From positions 1 to 64,000 of the IMG/VR virus record IMGVR_UViG_3300031628_000001: DNA of 64,000 nucleotides; one strand, 5' to 3'. Source of the DNA: an uncultured virus (IMG/VR IMGVR_UViG_3300031628_000001). Lineage: Duplodnaviria; Heunggongvirae; Uroviricota; Caudoviricetes; Crassvirales. The position numbers and the translations under genes are program-made. Position 1 is the stretch's first letter. Every line of letters starts with the position of its first letter. The notes beneath the pieces are model-generated. The model searched no databases. It was not told the origin of the DNA and was given only the letters and a program-made list of their open reading frames with translations. This document shows positions 28,201-37,169 of this stretch, in pieces.

Positions 28201-31200
28201 TATAATATCTGTATTGAATCCTTCTATGACATCTTTAGCAGTTGTCTCTGCATTTAATTCATCTGCAACACGGTCATATTCATATTGTAAAATGTTATTG
28301 ATCAATGCATCAAGAGTATGGTCAGTAAGTTTAATATCTCCTGATTCATCTTGCTCTATCATTTTTTCAATTGGTAGATCAACAAAGTCTGAAGTACTAG
28401 CATCAGATAATACTTTCAAATCTACGGGAGCAGTTATATAAAATAACTCCTTACCATTTTTATCATATGGGTTTAAGGGTACAGATTGACTATTTCTATT
28501 ATAGTTATATACATAAGAGTTAAGAACATCAGCAATAAATTCTGCACCTGTTGATTCTCCAAATGATACACCATCTTTTTGATTAGTGTTTAAACCTCTA
28601 TTCTCTATTAGAGTTCCTTGTTCATTCTCAGTTAGTCTACCTTCCTTACTTCCTATAAATCTTGATACCTTTAATTGTCCAGATTTTGCATGAGCCAAGA
28701 ACTTATCATTGTTTAATAAGTAATTTCTATTAAAGAATTTATTCTCTTCTAATTTAGTACTTGCCCAATTAGCTTCACTCATTTCAGCAATCTTCACTAA
28801 ATGGAATGTAGGCATCTGATGAGCATATATTAAATTACCTTTTGGATCTCTAAATACTGTAGCACCTACTGTCTCATCAAAGTTAGCATTTGTATTAGCC
28901 ATCTTTTTTAATCTACTACTAATACCTGTACTTTGTTCAACCACCTCAGGTGTGCTTTGTTCTTCAGCTTCATTCTCAGGTATGTTAGTTTGATTATCTA
29001 AGAATATGTTTTCCCCTCTTGAAATTGAATTTCTTAACTCAGCAATATCTTCTGATACAATTGGATCAGCTCCAGCAGACAAACCTAAAGAAACAATTGC
29101 TTCTTCCCAGTTCTTTCTAACTACTTTGGTAGATAATATACTATACTTAATAGTTTCAGCGTTTAGTTGTATACCAATTTGTTCATATATCTTTTTAGCT
29201 ATATCCTTTGATTCTATGTCTAATGCATTCCTACTTCTTTCTTTTGGATTCTGAAGTTTAGAGTAAAACAAGTTAAGTAATGATACAGCTTTTTTCTTTC
29301 CATCATCAGTTAATAATGTAGGATAAACTTCATCAAAGTGCTGAGACCAATGATCTATTTGTGAATGTGCATCATCTTTCTTATTTGCTGCATATAAGAA
29401 CACAATACCAGTATCATCATCTTTATGAGCAAACATATAGTCTACTCTAAACATATTAAATCCTTTTATAACTTTTTGTAAGAAATTTGGATTTGATATT
29501 TCAGGTAATTGTTCTGCATCTAATAAAGATATTGGATCTATTATACCTATTTCATTAAATATATTATTAGCTACAGCTGCAGTATTCTTATTAGATGAAC
29601 TAAATAAAGCAAGTGCTCTTAATAATTCCAAGTCTGTTGTCTTATCAGATAAAGCTTTTAGAAGACCACTATATGCAAAGTTAAAATCAACTGTAGTTAC
29701 AATAGGAATTCCCTCTAGTGTTTCTGTATTTCCAAATAAATCTTGTTCTGATAATACTGTAGTTGCAATAAATGTTCTTAATTCAGTTGATAATGACATA
29801 GCTCCTCCTATTTGACTAGCATCTTTACCATACTGGTCAACCTTCCTTATGTTGTTATCTTCATTATGTATATGCTCTTCAAATGCATCTTGTTCAATTT
29901 GATATTTGGCATCAAAGATTGCTAAATAATTAGTAACGTTCTCAGCAATTACGTCTCTATTTGTTTTTAAAGCTTTATAGTATGTTTTAAGTTTCTTTCT
30001 TATACTTCTAAATGATATACCATTTGATTCACTAGTGTAGTAAGTTCTTCTTGGATTAAGAAGTTTAGTGTAATCAGCAATAGCTGTATTTAACACATCT
30101 CTTTTAGACATAGTTAATAAATCACCTCTCTCTACATAGCTTCTGTATAGTGCTGAAACAGTAGCAATTAATTGTCTTTGATCATTAGCAGGCATATATA
30201 TATTAGATAAACTTACAATCTCTTGTCCTGTGAATGGATCTGTATATGTATTCTCAAAACTATCTATAGCAATTACTTTTGGTGCAGCTGAGGTTATGCC
30301 AGTTTCTGTAGCAGTTGTAAACCTATTAGATTGAACTGAAGATATAGAGTATTTTGCTGAATCAATATTCTCAAATAAAGTTGTTAATTCATTCTTACTA
30401 AATCTATTAAATACAGCTTTAATCCATTCTATAATTCTTGTAAACAGACTCTTAATTTCAGAAGAAGTTTTAGTTCCCTTAGGCTTCATTTTAAATGCGT
30501 CAAATGCATCTGCTAAGTATTCTTCATATAGTCTATGTTCTAATTCTGTTTTAGATAGTTTATTATAGATACTATGTGATGTTCTAAGTTCATTAAGAGC
30601 TTGTGATAGTTTTTTACCTTCTTTCCTAAGTGCAGCAAGCTTCTCTGTTTTAGCAAGTGAAATATATTTTCTAATCTCTTCTTCACTAAGTAACATTCTA
30701 AACACCCCGTGAAATGCTTCGTGGTATTTAAATGGTGTTTGTGCACCTACATATATATTACCTTCTATATTATTTCCTAATGTGTTTAGTTCTAATGTAA
30801 ACATACCAGCTGTCTTACCATTCTCTTTTAGTCTAGCTGATAAATCTCTTATGTCTTGTATTTGAATAAAGTCAGGTAAGTTCTGTTGAGACCAAGTAAT
30901 AAATTCATCAATTTGTTCAATATGTTCTTGACCAAGTCTTTCATTAATAACCTTTGGAGCTAAGTTCTTTTTTAACTCAGCAATCTTAGCTTCAATACTT
31001 TTTAATTCTTCACTATTCTCAATAGCATCATTAGCAGCAATGTTACCTTCTTTTATCACACTAGGATCTGCTTTAATTTGTTCATCAGAAGCAATGCTAT
31101 AATATGTATCTTCCCAAATTTTATCTTCTAACTTACCAGATTCTTCTTCAAGATCTTTAATTTGATCAGCTATTTTTCTTGATGGAGATTTTTCAACTAC

Positions 31201-34200
31201 AACTGGATTACCTTCAATATCAATATCAGTGGAACCACCCTCTTCAATTACACCTGATCTATATGTAAGCTTTAATAAGTTTATATCATCACGTACTTGT
31301 GTATTTTTATTATTAGCATAAATTGTACGTTCAGCTGCTGATAATTCTATATTAGTTGCTAGCTTTCTAGCTATTGCTTTTATAATGTTAGTGTCTATAT
31401 TTACATATCCTTCTGCAAATAAACGTCTCATATACTCTGGAGTCAACTCAGGTGCTTCACTTTCAGCTTCAAGTAGTACTTGATCTGTATTTTCTATTTG
31501 TTCTTTAACACTATTCTTTACAAAAGATGGGAGCTCTACATTATTTAAAATATTATTAATCTGAGCTGAATCAGCAATGACTGCTTCAATTCTAATGTTT
31601 TCTCTTAGTCCTTTATTAAAGTTAGTAACTACAGATGCAAGATCTTGTATTGTAGCTTCTTTAGGTATAGATGATCTAAAGTTATCTGAGCTTAATTTAA
31701 GACCACTCTTTACTTCAATAGATGAATCTTTAAATTTAATTTTGTTATTGATTACAGTTAAGAATTCTTTAAAAGGATTTGCAGATTCTTTAACACCTTT
31801 AAGTTCATTCTCATTTACAGTATATGTAACTCTTAATGCTTTACCATCTTTTCCAGCTTTCTTTGTATTTCTATATATGACTTGTACATCACCTCTAGCT
31901 GTAAGTTCTATATCAATAAACTCTCCAGTTTTTCCAAATACATAGAAATCATTTTTAAGTTTTTCATTGAATGCAAAATTAACAGTAGCATCTTTTACTT
32001 CATCATTTTCTTTATCAATGTTTTCAGCTAATGTTTTATCTTGTTCATTTAGAATATCTAATGTTAACTGACTTTTCTCATCACTAGTTAATTCACCTGC
32101 TTTTAATTCTACAAATGTAAATGTTCCATTGTTAAGTCTTACTGCTGCAACATATCTACTTTTAGTATTTAAAGGATTATATCCTGACTGATCAGTTGCT
32201 GCACTTACTAATGCATCAGTCTTTTCATAAACTTCATCATCAGTAATATTTGTAATTATACCACCATTACCATCACTACGGTTATCTACTACCCATATAT
32301 TCTTTCCATCAACTGTACTACTATGTAATTCAGAAAATGTTACTCCTTTACCTTTAGCAGCAAATGACATTTCACCTGGAGATATTCTAAGATCTAAACC
32401 TTTGATTTTTGCTATAGGAATATCTGCTTCTTGATCACTTCCTAATAGATCTCTTAGCTTTTTATTTAATAAAATACTACTTGCATAGTTATTTTTTATT
32501 ATTTGAAGTTGTTCTGCAGCAGTTCTAAGTTGTGTAGAAGATGTTTTATATATTTGAAAGTACTCTTCTGCTTGATCTTCAGTTAAAGATAAAGGATTTA
32601 TAACATTATCATATGCATCTAAAATAATAGATCCAGTAGGTCCCTGTAAGTATCCAAGTATTTCACGTCCATGCATTACAGCAACAGTTAATTCTTCTGA
32701 ACCAATTCTTAATCTTGGATTATTAAACTCTTCAGTACCTAACTTACCTCTATTTGTTGGTTCTTCATTTAAAAAGCTTTCCCATTTAGCATTTCTAGAG
32801 ACCTTTAATGTAAAAGCACGAACTTGTTCTTGAGGTATTTCTTTTAATCTATCAGTTAATCTTACTTCAGCATCTTCAGCTGTTTCATTATCTGCTCTTC
32901 TAGCATATAGTCTAATAGGTTCTGATTGTCTAAGTTTTAATAAGTTATCCTGCTTTGATGATGCCTTAAAATTAGTAGCATCTAATGGACTATAATTACC
33001 CACATCAGTTACTTCAAAGCTTTTCTTAGGATCATTTGCAAATTCAAGAGGTCTTAAGTATAATTTACCACCCTTATTAAATAATGAAGGTGTTGTGATT
33101 ACTGTAAAAAGTTCTTTGTTGTTATCTTGTAATATCTGTTTATAATGAAAATCTCTACCTTGAAATGGGAAAGTGCTATTACTAGGTAGTAACTTTATAA
33201 TTGCATCTTGAGCTTTTAAAGCCTCACCCATAGTAGCATATGTATCCATTATACTAGGATCAACATTTACATATTGTTGATGTAGATTATTCATATTATT
33301 ATCTACAACTTCATAGAAAAATTCATCATCACCTGATTGACTAGACACTAGTTTCTTTAATATGTTTATACCTGTAGGACTTTCAGTTAATACATCTCCA
33401 GCATCTAACTTATCAGTTTGTGCTGTGTCAGAATCAGTAATAATATAATCACTTATTGACCCACCCTTTGAGTCAAGTATTCTATATACTTCAGGTGTTC
33501 TTTGATTTTCAATTAACCATTTATCAAAAGATTTTTGTTGTTGTTGATCTAAAGTTAAGTTACTTAAATAAACAACATCTAACTCTGCTCTAATAGCTTT
33601 TATATTTTTTGCTTCTTTAGTATTCTGCCAATCATTCCATGATAAAACTTTTCCAGAAGTACCAACTCTAGACTGAACATATGATTTCCATTTTGTAACT
33701 AATACAGCATTAGTAGATTCTGATATTTCAGTAACTTTCTGTTCAGCTTGATTTGCTAGTCTATCAAACTCATCTTCATTATTTATTTCATCTTCAGTAA
33801 CAGCATCTCCAGGTTGAACAGTTGTTTCTGTTCCTGGTCTATTTTGGTATGCTTTGATTAGGTTTTGTATAGCTTCCCACTTACCTGTATTATCTTGTGC
33901 TGTAATTTGTCCAGATGGAGATTGAAATATAGTTGGTATAATACCTTCTTGGAAAAATAAAATAACTTGATCTGCATCAGGGTAAATAAGCTGAGATGCA
34001 AATTGATTTATTAATTCATTTTTCTCTAAATCATTTACATACTTTTTAACTGCAACTTCAACATCCTCTTTATTTCTATCAAATATAATCTTTAATCTTT
34101 CAGCAATTCTCTGAGCTGTATCACCCATAGCTTCTGGATTATTCAAATTTTCAATAGCTCTGAAGTATGTTTGTGATCTTCCTTTTAGAAATTTATAATC

Positions 34201-37167
34201 TACTATATCTTTTAACACATCAGTCATATCATTACCATGAATGAATTCTCCTTTCTGTTCTGCTAAGAAATTGATATATGCATTAAATGCTGGAGTTAAC
34301 TTATTAATTTTTCTTCTATCAAAAGTTCCAACTTCAGAAGTTACTTTTCTAGCTGCTTTATATCTTTGACCACCAATTTCCATAGTGTCATCTCCAGTCT
34401 CTTCTGTTGCTTCCATATCTGTTTTTGCAGATATAGCAATATTATCTTCACTTCTTTTAGTAAAGTTTTCTGGGTTAGTGATTATATCAAAGTAATTTTG
34501 TAGTAACTCTAACCTTTTTGTTTTTGTCTCTATAAGTTCTTTCTGTTCTGATGTTGTTGCTCCAAGTTCAATTTCAGACTTAAGAAGTTCCATTTCAGTT
34601 TTAAGACTCTTAAGATCTAATAATGCAGATATATCATTAGTATTAAACTTACTTATTACAGATTCACCACTTAACCTTTCAAATATACTATTTGATCTTT
34701 CAAGTGCTCTTTTAAAAGTATCTTGTGAATACATTAATAGTTTTGTAGAATGATCATATGCTAATGATTGTAATGCTGTTATATTCCATTCAGCAGAACC
34801 CTCCATAAATTCAGATGGATCATATGGGTTTGGATAACTCATCTTTACCATATCCCAACCTTTTTTAAACTCATCAATCTTACTGATAGCTTTTTCTAAT
34901 TTTCCTCTTAACTTACCTGACTTAATCTCTTTTGTATATTCAGGAAAACCTTCTAAGAGTTCTGCATCAGATAATTTAGTATAGTCCTCTAATAGATACT
35001 TAAATTCTGAAGATTTACCAGTCTTATACAAGTAATCAAGTTGAGAGAACATAGACTGATCTTTATCATCCATGAATGATAACATATCAGATGAGTATGA
35101 AGATTGTAATAATCTTTCATTTATTTGCTTCTGTTCTACTGCATTTAATTTTGTAGGATCAAAATACTTTAAAGGATCTTCTGCAATAAGGTTTAAGTTT
35201 TCTAAAGACTTAGAAAGAAATTCTTCTTTAGTTTTTTTATATTGTTGGTACTTTGCTTTATCTTGTTTAGTACCATAATGACCTTTACCCATTTGGTACA
35301 GTGAAGGTAATCCAACCATTAGACCTTGTTGTACAGGTTGAACTAAACCACCCATTAAGAACCCAGACATAAATACCTCAAACCCTTGAGGGCTTATTTG
35401 TGCATTTATTGCATCCTTAAGGGATGCATCCAATAACATATTTTGTATAGATGCTGGATCTAAAAATAAACCAGTGTAATAATCTTCTGCTGTTTTAGCA
35501 ATAACCTCTTGTGAAAGTTCTTGAATACCTTCAGCAAAGTTAGCACCTGTGTATCTTAATGCAAAAGCACCAACAGAACCAGCTGAACCTTTAACACCTA
35601 AATTTTTAAGTCTCTTTATAAAAGTTGAACCACCATCATACATTGTTTTTTTAGCTACATCAGTAGTAGCTTTTGCTGCAGCTGGTTTAACTGTACTATT
35701 TCTAAAAAGACGTGCTGCACCTTTACCTTCATATCTTGATGCTAGTCTACTAAGACCACCACCCATTCCTTGAAATAATGTACCTAATACAATTTTATTA
35801 GATAAATATATAAGAGGAGCATTGAAACCCATAGTAGCACTAGAAGCTGCAGTTGCTTTTTGACGTATCTCATCTATCTTTTCTGAAGGTGGAGTATCAC
35901 CATATTGTGCAACATAATCATGATATAAACCATCAATCATTTGATTATAAACAATTCCTGATTCTAACTTACTTTCTGCTATTGCAAGATTGATTTGTCT
36001 CATATCTCTATAAAATCCACCAAATACTGCATTTGCATTTTTAATACTTTGAGCACCTCTTACAACTCCTTTGGAAGTGTTAAGAGTTCGGATAGCCTGC
36101 ATTGTTCCTGGAGTAACAAAGTTTAAAGCACCCTCACCTACAGCAGTAAAAAAATGTCTAGCATTTTCCACCTTATTCATATCCTTCATAAGTTTTGCAC
36201 CTGCTGATATTCTAGTTGACTGACCAACACCTGTTTTAAATGCTGTCCCAAATGCATTCCATGCCGTTTTTAGTCTTCCAACATTCTGAGCAGTTCTTGC
36301 TGCTGCAACTGGAGCAGCTCCTGTTCCTGAAAGTGCAGTAACACCTGCAAGTACTATTTCTTCTGCCATGATATTAGATATAATACCAAATGTATATCCT
36401 GAATTTAAACCAAACCTTATTGCTGCACCTCCTACTCCTTCTTTTGATGAGTTACCAATACGCATAGCATCAACAAAAGCTTCTGCACCATCTCTATCTG
36501 GAGAAAGGTATCCATCACCAGATAACCAATCTCCTATAGCATCATAACTAGAAGTGAAACCAGTCCAATAAGTACGGCTTGTTTGTTTCCATGCTCTAGC
36601 ATGATCATCCCAGAGTGTGGCATTAGCATTATATATTTGTTCATTATTTCTAAAAGGATGAAATCCTAATTCATCATATTTATTATGTGCATAATATCTA
36701 TCAAAATTTGTTTCTCTTATTCCATATTCTAAATCTGATCTATAACCTGGAGCTTTTTGTTGTCTTGGATTAACCATAGCTTGATGCATTCCTTGCATCA
36801 TCATCTTTTTCTTACCCTCTATAGTGGTCATGTCAGGTGGCGTGGAATCTTCATATGGATTATAATGTTGTGTTGCTTTACCAGGTAAAGGATTAGATGA
36901 AGAATGTAAACCAGTCATAGGTGGTGCTGAGTTAATAGGTATTGCAGCTTGTCTTAACATCCCCTCAAATACAGGATCTCTAAGCTGAAGGCTAGCTAAG
37001 TTACCAGTAGGTGAACCTATCATATCAGCAATATCTTCAAAATTTATATCACTTACTTGAGGTACATTACTCTCAGGAATAGACTCTTCCTGTACCATTT
37101 GATTAGATATATTTTGATCTTGAGGAAGGTTAGTATTTCCTTGTGTGGTTTCATCTATTTCAGCCAT
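22213..37167 (-). CDS. giant virion RNA polymerase polyprotein (crAss-like) with zincin-like domain, 4984 aa
   Basis: GIRIPSQDKHS and GADFDIDKLF (DFDID at 25573-25587); HEAFH at 30709-30723 followed by EEYLADAF; hydrophobic N-terminal region. Confidence 0.88.
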   Translation of the reverse strand: MAEIDETTQGNTNLPQDQNISNQMVQEESIPESNVPQVSDINFEDIADMIGSPTGNLASLQLRDPVFEGMLRQAAIPINSAPPMTGLHSSSNPLPGKATQHYNPYEDSTPPDMTTIEGKKKMMMQGMHQAMVNPRQQKAPGYRSDLEYGIRETNFDRYYAHNKYDELGFHPFRNNEQIYNANATLWDDHARAWKQTSRTYWTGFTSSYDAIGDWLSGDGYLSPDRDGAEAFVDAMRIGNSSKEGVGGAAIRFGLNSGYTFGIISNIMAEEIVLAGVTALSGTGAAPVAAARTAQNVGRLKTAWNAFGTAFKTGVGQSTRISAGAKLMKDMNKVENARHFFTAVGEGALNFVTPGTMQAIRTLNTSKGVVRGAQSIKNANAVFGGFYRDMRQINLAIAESKLESGIVYNQMIDGLYHDYVAQYGDTPPSEKIDEIRQKATAASSATMGFNAPLIYLSNKIVLGTLFQGMGGGLSRLASRYEGKGAARLFRNSTVKPAAAKATTDVAKKTMYDGGSTFIKRLKNLGVKGSAGSVGAFALRYTGANFAEGIQELSQEVIAKTAEDYYTGLFLDPASIQNMLLDASLKDAINAQISPQGFEVFMSGFLMGGLVQPVQQGLMVGLPSLYQMGKGHYGTKQDKAKYQQYKKTKEEFLSKSLENLNLIAEDPLKYFDPTKLNAVEQKQINERLLQSSYSSDMLSFMDDKDQSMFSQLDYLYKTGKSSEFKYLLEDYTKLSDAELLEGFPEYTKEIKSGKLRGKLEKAISKIDEFKKGWDMVKMSYPNPYDPSEFMEGSAEWNITALQSLAYDHSTKLLMYSQDTFKRALERSNSIFERLSGESVISKFNTNDISALLDLKSLKTEMELLKSEIELGATTSEQKELIETKTKRLELLQNYFDIITNPENFTKRSEDNIAISAKTDMEATEETGDDTMEIGGQRYKAARKVTSEVGTFDRRKINKLTPAFNAYINFLAEQKGEFIHGNDMTDVLKDIVDYKFLKGRSQTYFRAIENLNNPEAMGDTAQRIAERLKIIFDRNKEDVEVAVKKYVNDLEKNELINQFASQLIYPDADQVILFFQEGIIPTIFQSPSGQITAQDNTGKWEAIQNLIKAYQNRPGTETTVQPGDAVTEDEINNEDEFDRLANQAEQKVTEISESTNAVLVTKWKSYVQSRVGTSGKVLSWNDWQNTKEAKNIKAIRAELDVVYLSNLTLDQQQQKSFDKWLIENQRTPEVYRILDSKGGSISDYIITDSDTAQTDKLDAGDVLTESPTGINILKKLVSSQSGDDEFFYEVVDNNMNNLHQQYVNVDPSIMDTYATMGEALKAQDAIIKLLPSNSTFPFQGRDFHYKQILQDNNKELFTVITTPSLFNKGGKLYLRPLEFANDPKKSFEVTDVGNYSPLDATNFKASSKQDNLLKLRQSEPIRLYARRADNETAEDAEVRLTDRLKEIPQEQVRAFTLKVSRNAKWESFLNEEPTNRGKLGTEEFNNPRLRIGSEELTVAVMHGREILGYLQGPTGSIILDAYDNVINPLSLTEDQAEEYFQIYKTSSTQLRTAAEQLQIIKNNYASSILLNKKLRDLLGSDQEADIPIAKIKGLDLRISPGEMSFAAKGKGVTFSELHSSTVDGKNIWVVDNRSDGNGGIITNITDDEVYEKTDALVSAATDQSGYNPLNTKSRYVAAVRLNNGTFTFVELKAGELTSDEKSQLTLDILNEQDKTLAENIDKENDEVKDATVNFAFNEKLKNDFYVFGKTGEFIDIELTARGDVQVIYRNTKKAGKDGKALRVTYTVNENELKGVKESANPFKEFLTVINNKIKFKDSSIEVKSGLKLSSDNFRSSIPKEATIQDLASVVTNFNKGLRENIRIEAVIADSAQINNILNNVELPSFVKNSVKEQIENTDQVLLEAESEAPELTPEYMRRLFAEGYVNIDTNIIKAIARKLATNIELSAAERTIYANNKNTQVRDDINLLKLTYRSGVIEEGGSTDIDIEGNPVVVEKSPSRKIADQIKDLEEESGKLEDKIWEDTYYSIASDEQIKADPSVIKEGNIAANDAIENSEELKSIEAKIAELKKNLAPKVINERLGQEHIEQIDEFITWSQQNLPDFIQIQDIRDLSARLKENGKTAGMFTLELNTLGNNIEGNIYVGAQTPFKYHEAFHGVFRMLLSEEEIRKYISLAKTEKLAALRKEGKKLSQALNELRTSHSIYNKLSKTELEHRLYEEYLADAFDAFKMKPKGTKTSSEIKSLFTRIIEWIKAVFNRFSKNELTTLFENIDSAKYSISSVQSNRFTTATETGITSAAPKVIAIDSFENTYTDPFTGQEIVSLSNIYMPANDQRQLIATVSALYRSYVERGDLLTMSKRDVLNTAIADYTKLLNPRRTYYTSESNGISFRSIRKKLKTYYKALKTNRDVIAENVTNYLAIFDAKYQIEQDAFEEHIHNEDNNIRKVDQYGKDASQIGGAMSLSTELRTFIATTVLSEQDLFGNTETLEGIPIVTTVDFNFAYSGLLKALSDKTTDLELLRALALFSSSNKNTAAVANNIFNEIGIIDPISLLDAEQLPEISNPNFLQKVIKGFNMFRVDYMFAHKDDDTGIVFLYAANKKDDAHSQIDHWSQHFDEVYPTLLTDDGKKKAVSLLNLFYSKLQNPKERSRNALDIESKDIAKKIYEQIGIQLNAETIKYSILSTKVVRKNWEEAIVSLGLSAGADPIVSEDIAELRNSISRGENIFLDNQTNIPENEAEEQSTPEVVEQSTGISSRLKKMANTNANFDETVGATVFRDPKGNLIYAHQMPTFHLVKIAEMSEANWASTKLEENKFFNRNYLLNNDKFLAHAKSGQLKVSRFIGSKEGRLTENEQGTLIENRGLNTNQKDGVSFGESTGAEFIADVLNSYVYNYNRNSQSVPLNPYDKNGKELFYITAPVDLKVLSDASTSDFVDLPIEKMIEQDESGDIKLTDHTLDALINNILQYEYDRVADELNAETTAKDVIEGFNTDIIKKGVQTGQRGKRFVRSRGFITSRKSKIKVLGGIKTPLMSEKTRADIAIGEQRIILRGGKALGKIGLDSGQESPISIDYKVEGETKFESFILKNKGLVSVDNINLDEYLTNLGEAKSTKPFAGKKKQNTAKLGDVTYYFQRGDDARFFNGTIQQYAYEFIPLGEANIEIGVEETETVEGAEQKVEYFESDTFVEETLINAAKEGLTFDQAVDRIGKDKLKGIIEERMLTDFFDFRRLLTNTKATAKLSSELTEGLGMIVRPEKGKKGKAYHKVTNEGRKAMTLYNLKENDLDYNLAQIFMHGYVNARSFNDLLLGDHALLFENFTAETKRAKMQNASGPSAASAIVAPKLGINHTFMADNSISLFTYHDPKVQKRFSNGTIESTDAQMVGTVKSFRHLWFGVGKLSPAQSDLLDRIERGDVITAEDMWGDVKLGTEGYIKLNAIINSKKFVYGDGNVFAKMSFFMLSKGLTSYKNKFGEWVALPQMEELHNLRVKLEAAEKGTQKVSLAIPTSGSKMMKKNVITAKEMYGSKSILEIQEDYKDVNGSHRSITQGLNPKWMRLQVINPSNKLEGIDPRQMKQLATTEQTDNIEVVIGGVPISIKKIKEAYHKSVSDQVTLRYRNKRNLVFNLGTALDEIGKSVDINKVTVNLRSFLRYAISGLEASKSKTQMLEFFSFDEVGNPKFNLNNPITIDKFQELFLGYFSKGVLAGKQAEITAALVSSHGAKPMRKVLELDENGQPLRTQVIRMDEFKEMKTKPEIADKFIEIDNEPGKWVGLKVGDVILQKLQHNVYDPITKEYYSEFMMAAHHREVYKNLKPGDIIPIEIAEALGIRIPSQDKHSAMSLRLVDFLPVYYGSSAMFSDELIEISGADFDIDKLFMHIKEWYYAKGKFNEYGKSNTDKGRYAEYIRNVLSQVNKRGTAVSDAVTNWSTNDSAFLDEEETADLQDDLARQTASELKVNASLFKEAYSAKIISYVLEINDSITDEQVIKLYNKNEDLYGALQSLGLPVTLKEYKAYFEKNGEPYEAAINNDILDQRIALIGNEGIVKPKDGRQIGIGNEPADLEPLYEIRDYLKEEFPELADFANPEDIDPDNMLGLLETWNSIKTGEGGIGAAVRPNVVLNMLGENGIKVQSNIAAGRELNPQIRFNSTTFSEFATKYSIEGKGNDKAVRTQYLISSLITMMTDNAKERLADVLSINKNSLAVVTTLSSLGVPIKTSMLLLKNPIIKLGYDLAINKVSPMDPGISSILKKRLTFLNNDYEISTVPVTDAILTGAIMNDWVNPTLPLTSGFGTDMTGQTPEGYTDEEASLEYSVIKQFVNARRLTDYTGKLGSLVDLLAGFGRSTQDIDKAANDFKELGVGLSDSEFKKLKDKDGVAIPIDVRPIFEGNDFRATYYNIFKEFTEDLLPAVFITRTAEFVKMKEAVVANMISNNMLVDERRVNIIEKDVLSYLTMTSYKQFLLNSPDGAEKLGSLQNGLIYDDLGGENSVTIDNVITSVRNYFKAEGKENYFIEKFIYLDLASNDTNKAGINRAKANNWTQMSDSKVVDLQASFAEIYSEPALRTHAYDLMHYLLVKDGMQFKNNTFLSAIPGFMFDRVLNAISAGHTLLKSTTATDSSYNLVFGKSSEMLANDFVEGYLKSNQNGWLLPMVKSITTDEAQAAHINKEGNLIVNMFNGVKSFTEQKGTKVIKGKKYKFQREGKSIFVDQKSKQYKALAKNMGQLGGMGFKFENIKKGEKALELVLPLYVRNIYKDDFGTTYVKNFELQQTYREKRFSKSGDIMNMLDGEELVAKGYQAVYVPVELVGSNQVTPVSFALGEVPTYKSLRDKYKSDPMDGLINSLNLDQIEEDIKSFGNMDAAAMQDLYNQATNSGASVSNTNKSVKIDGTNINNEPTIIEPEFNYTVDSMPKEISDAAIASTQLLMSQLSVEPSKESSKSDVEIATVRDWWADIKTDKYGAQKYTKRSGIDGILNEFDTFDGTAERFIEIIENCK

Positions 37168-37169
37168 TC

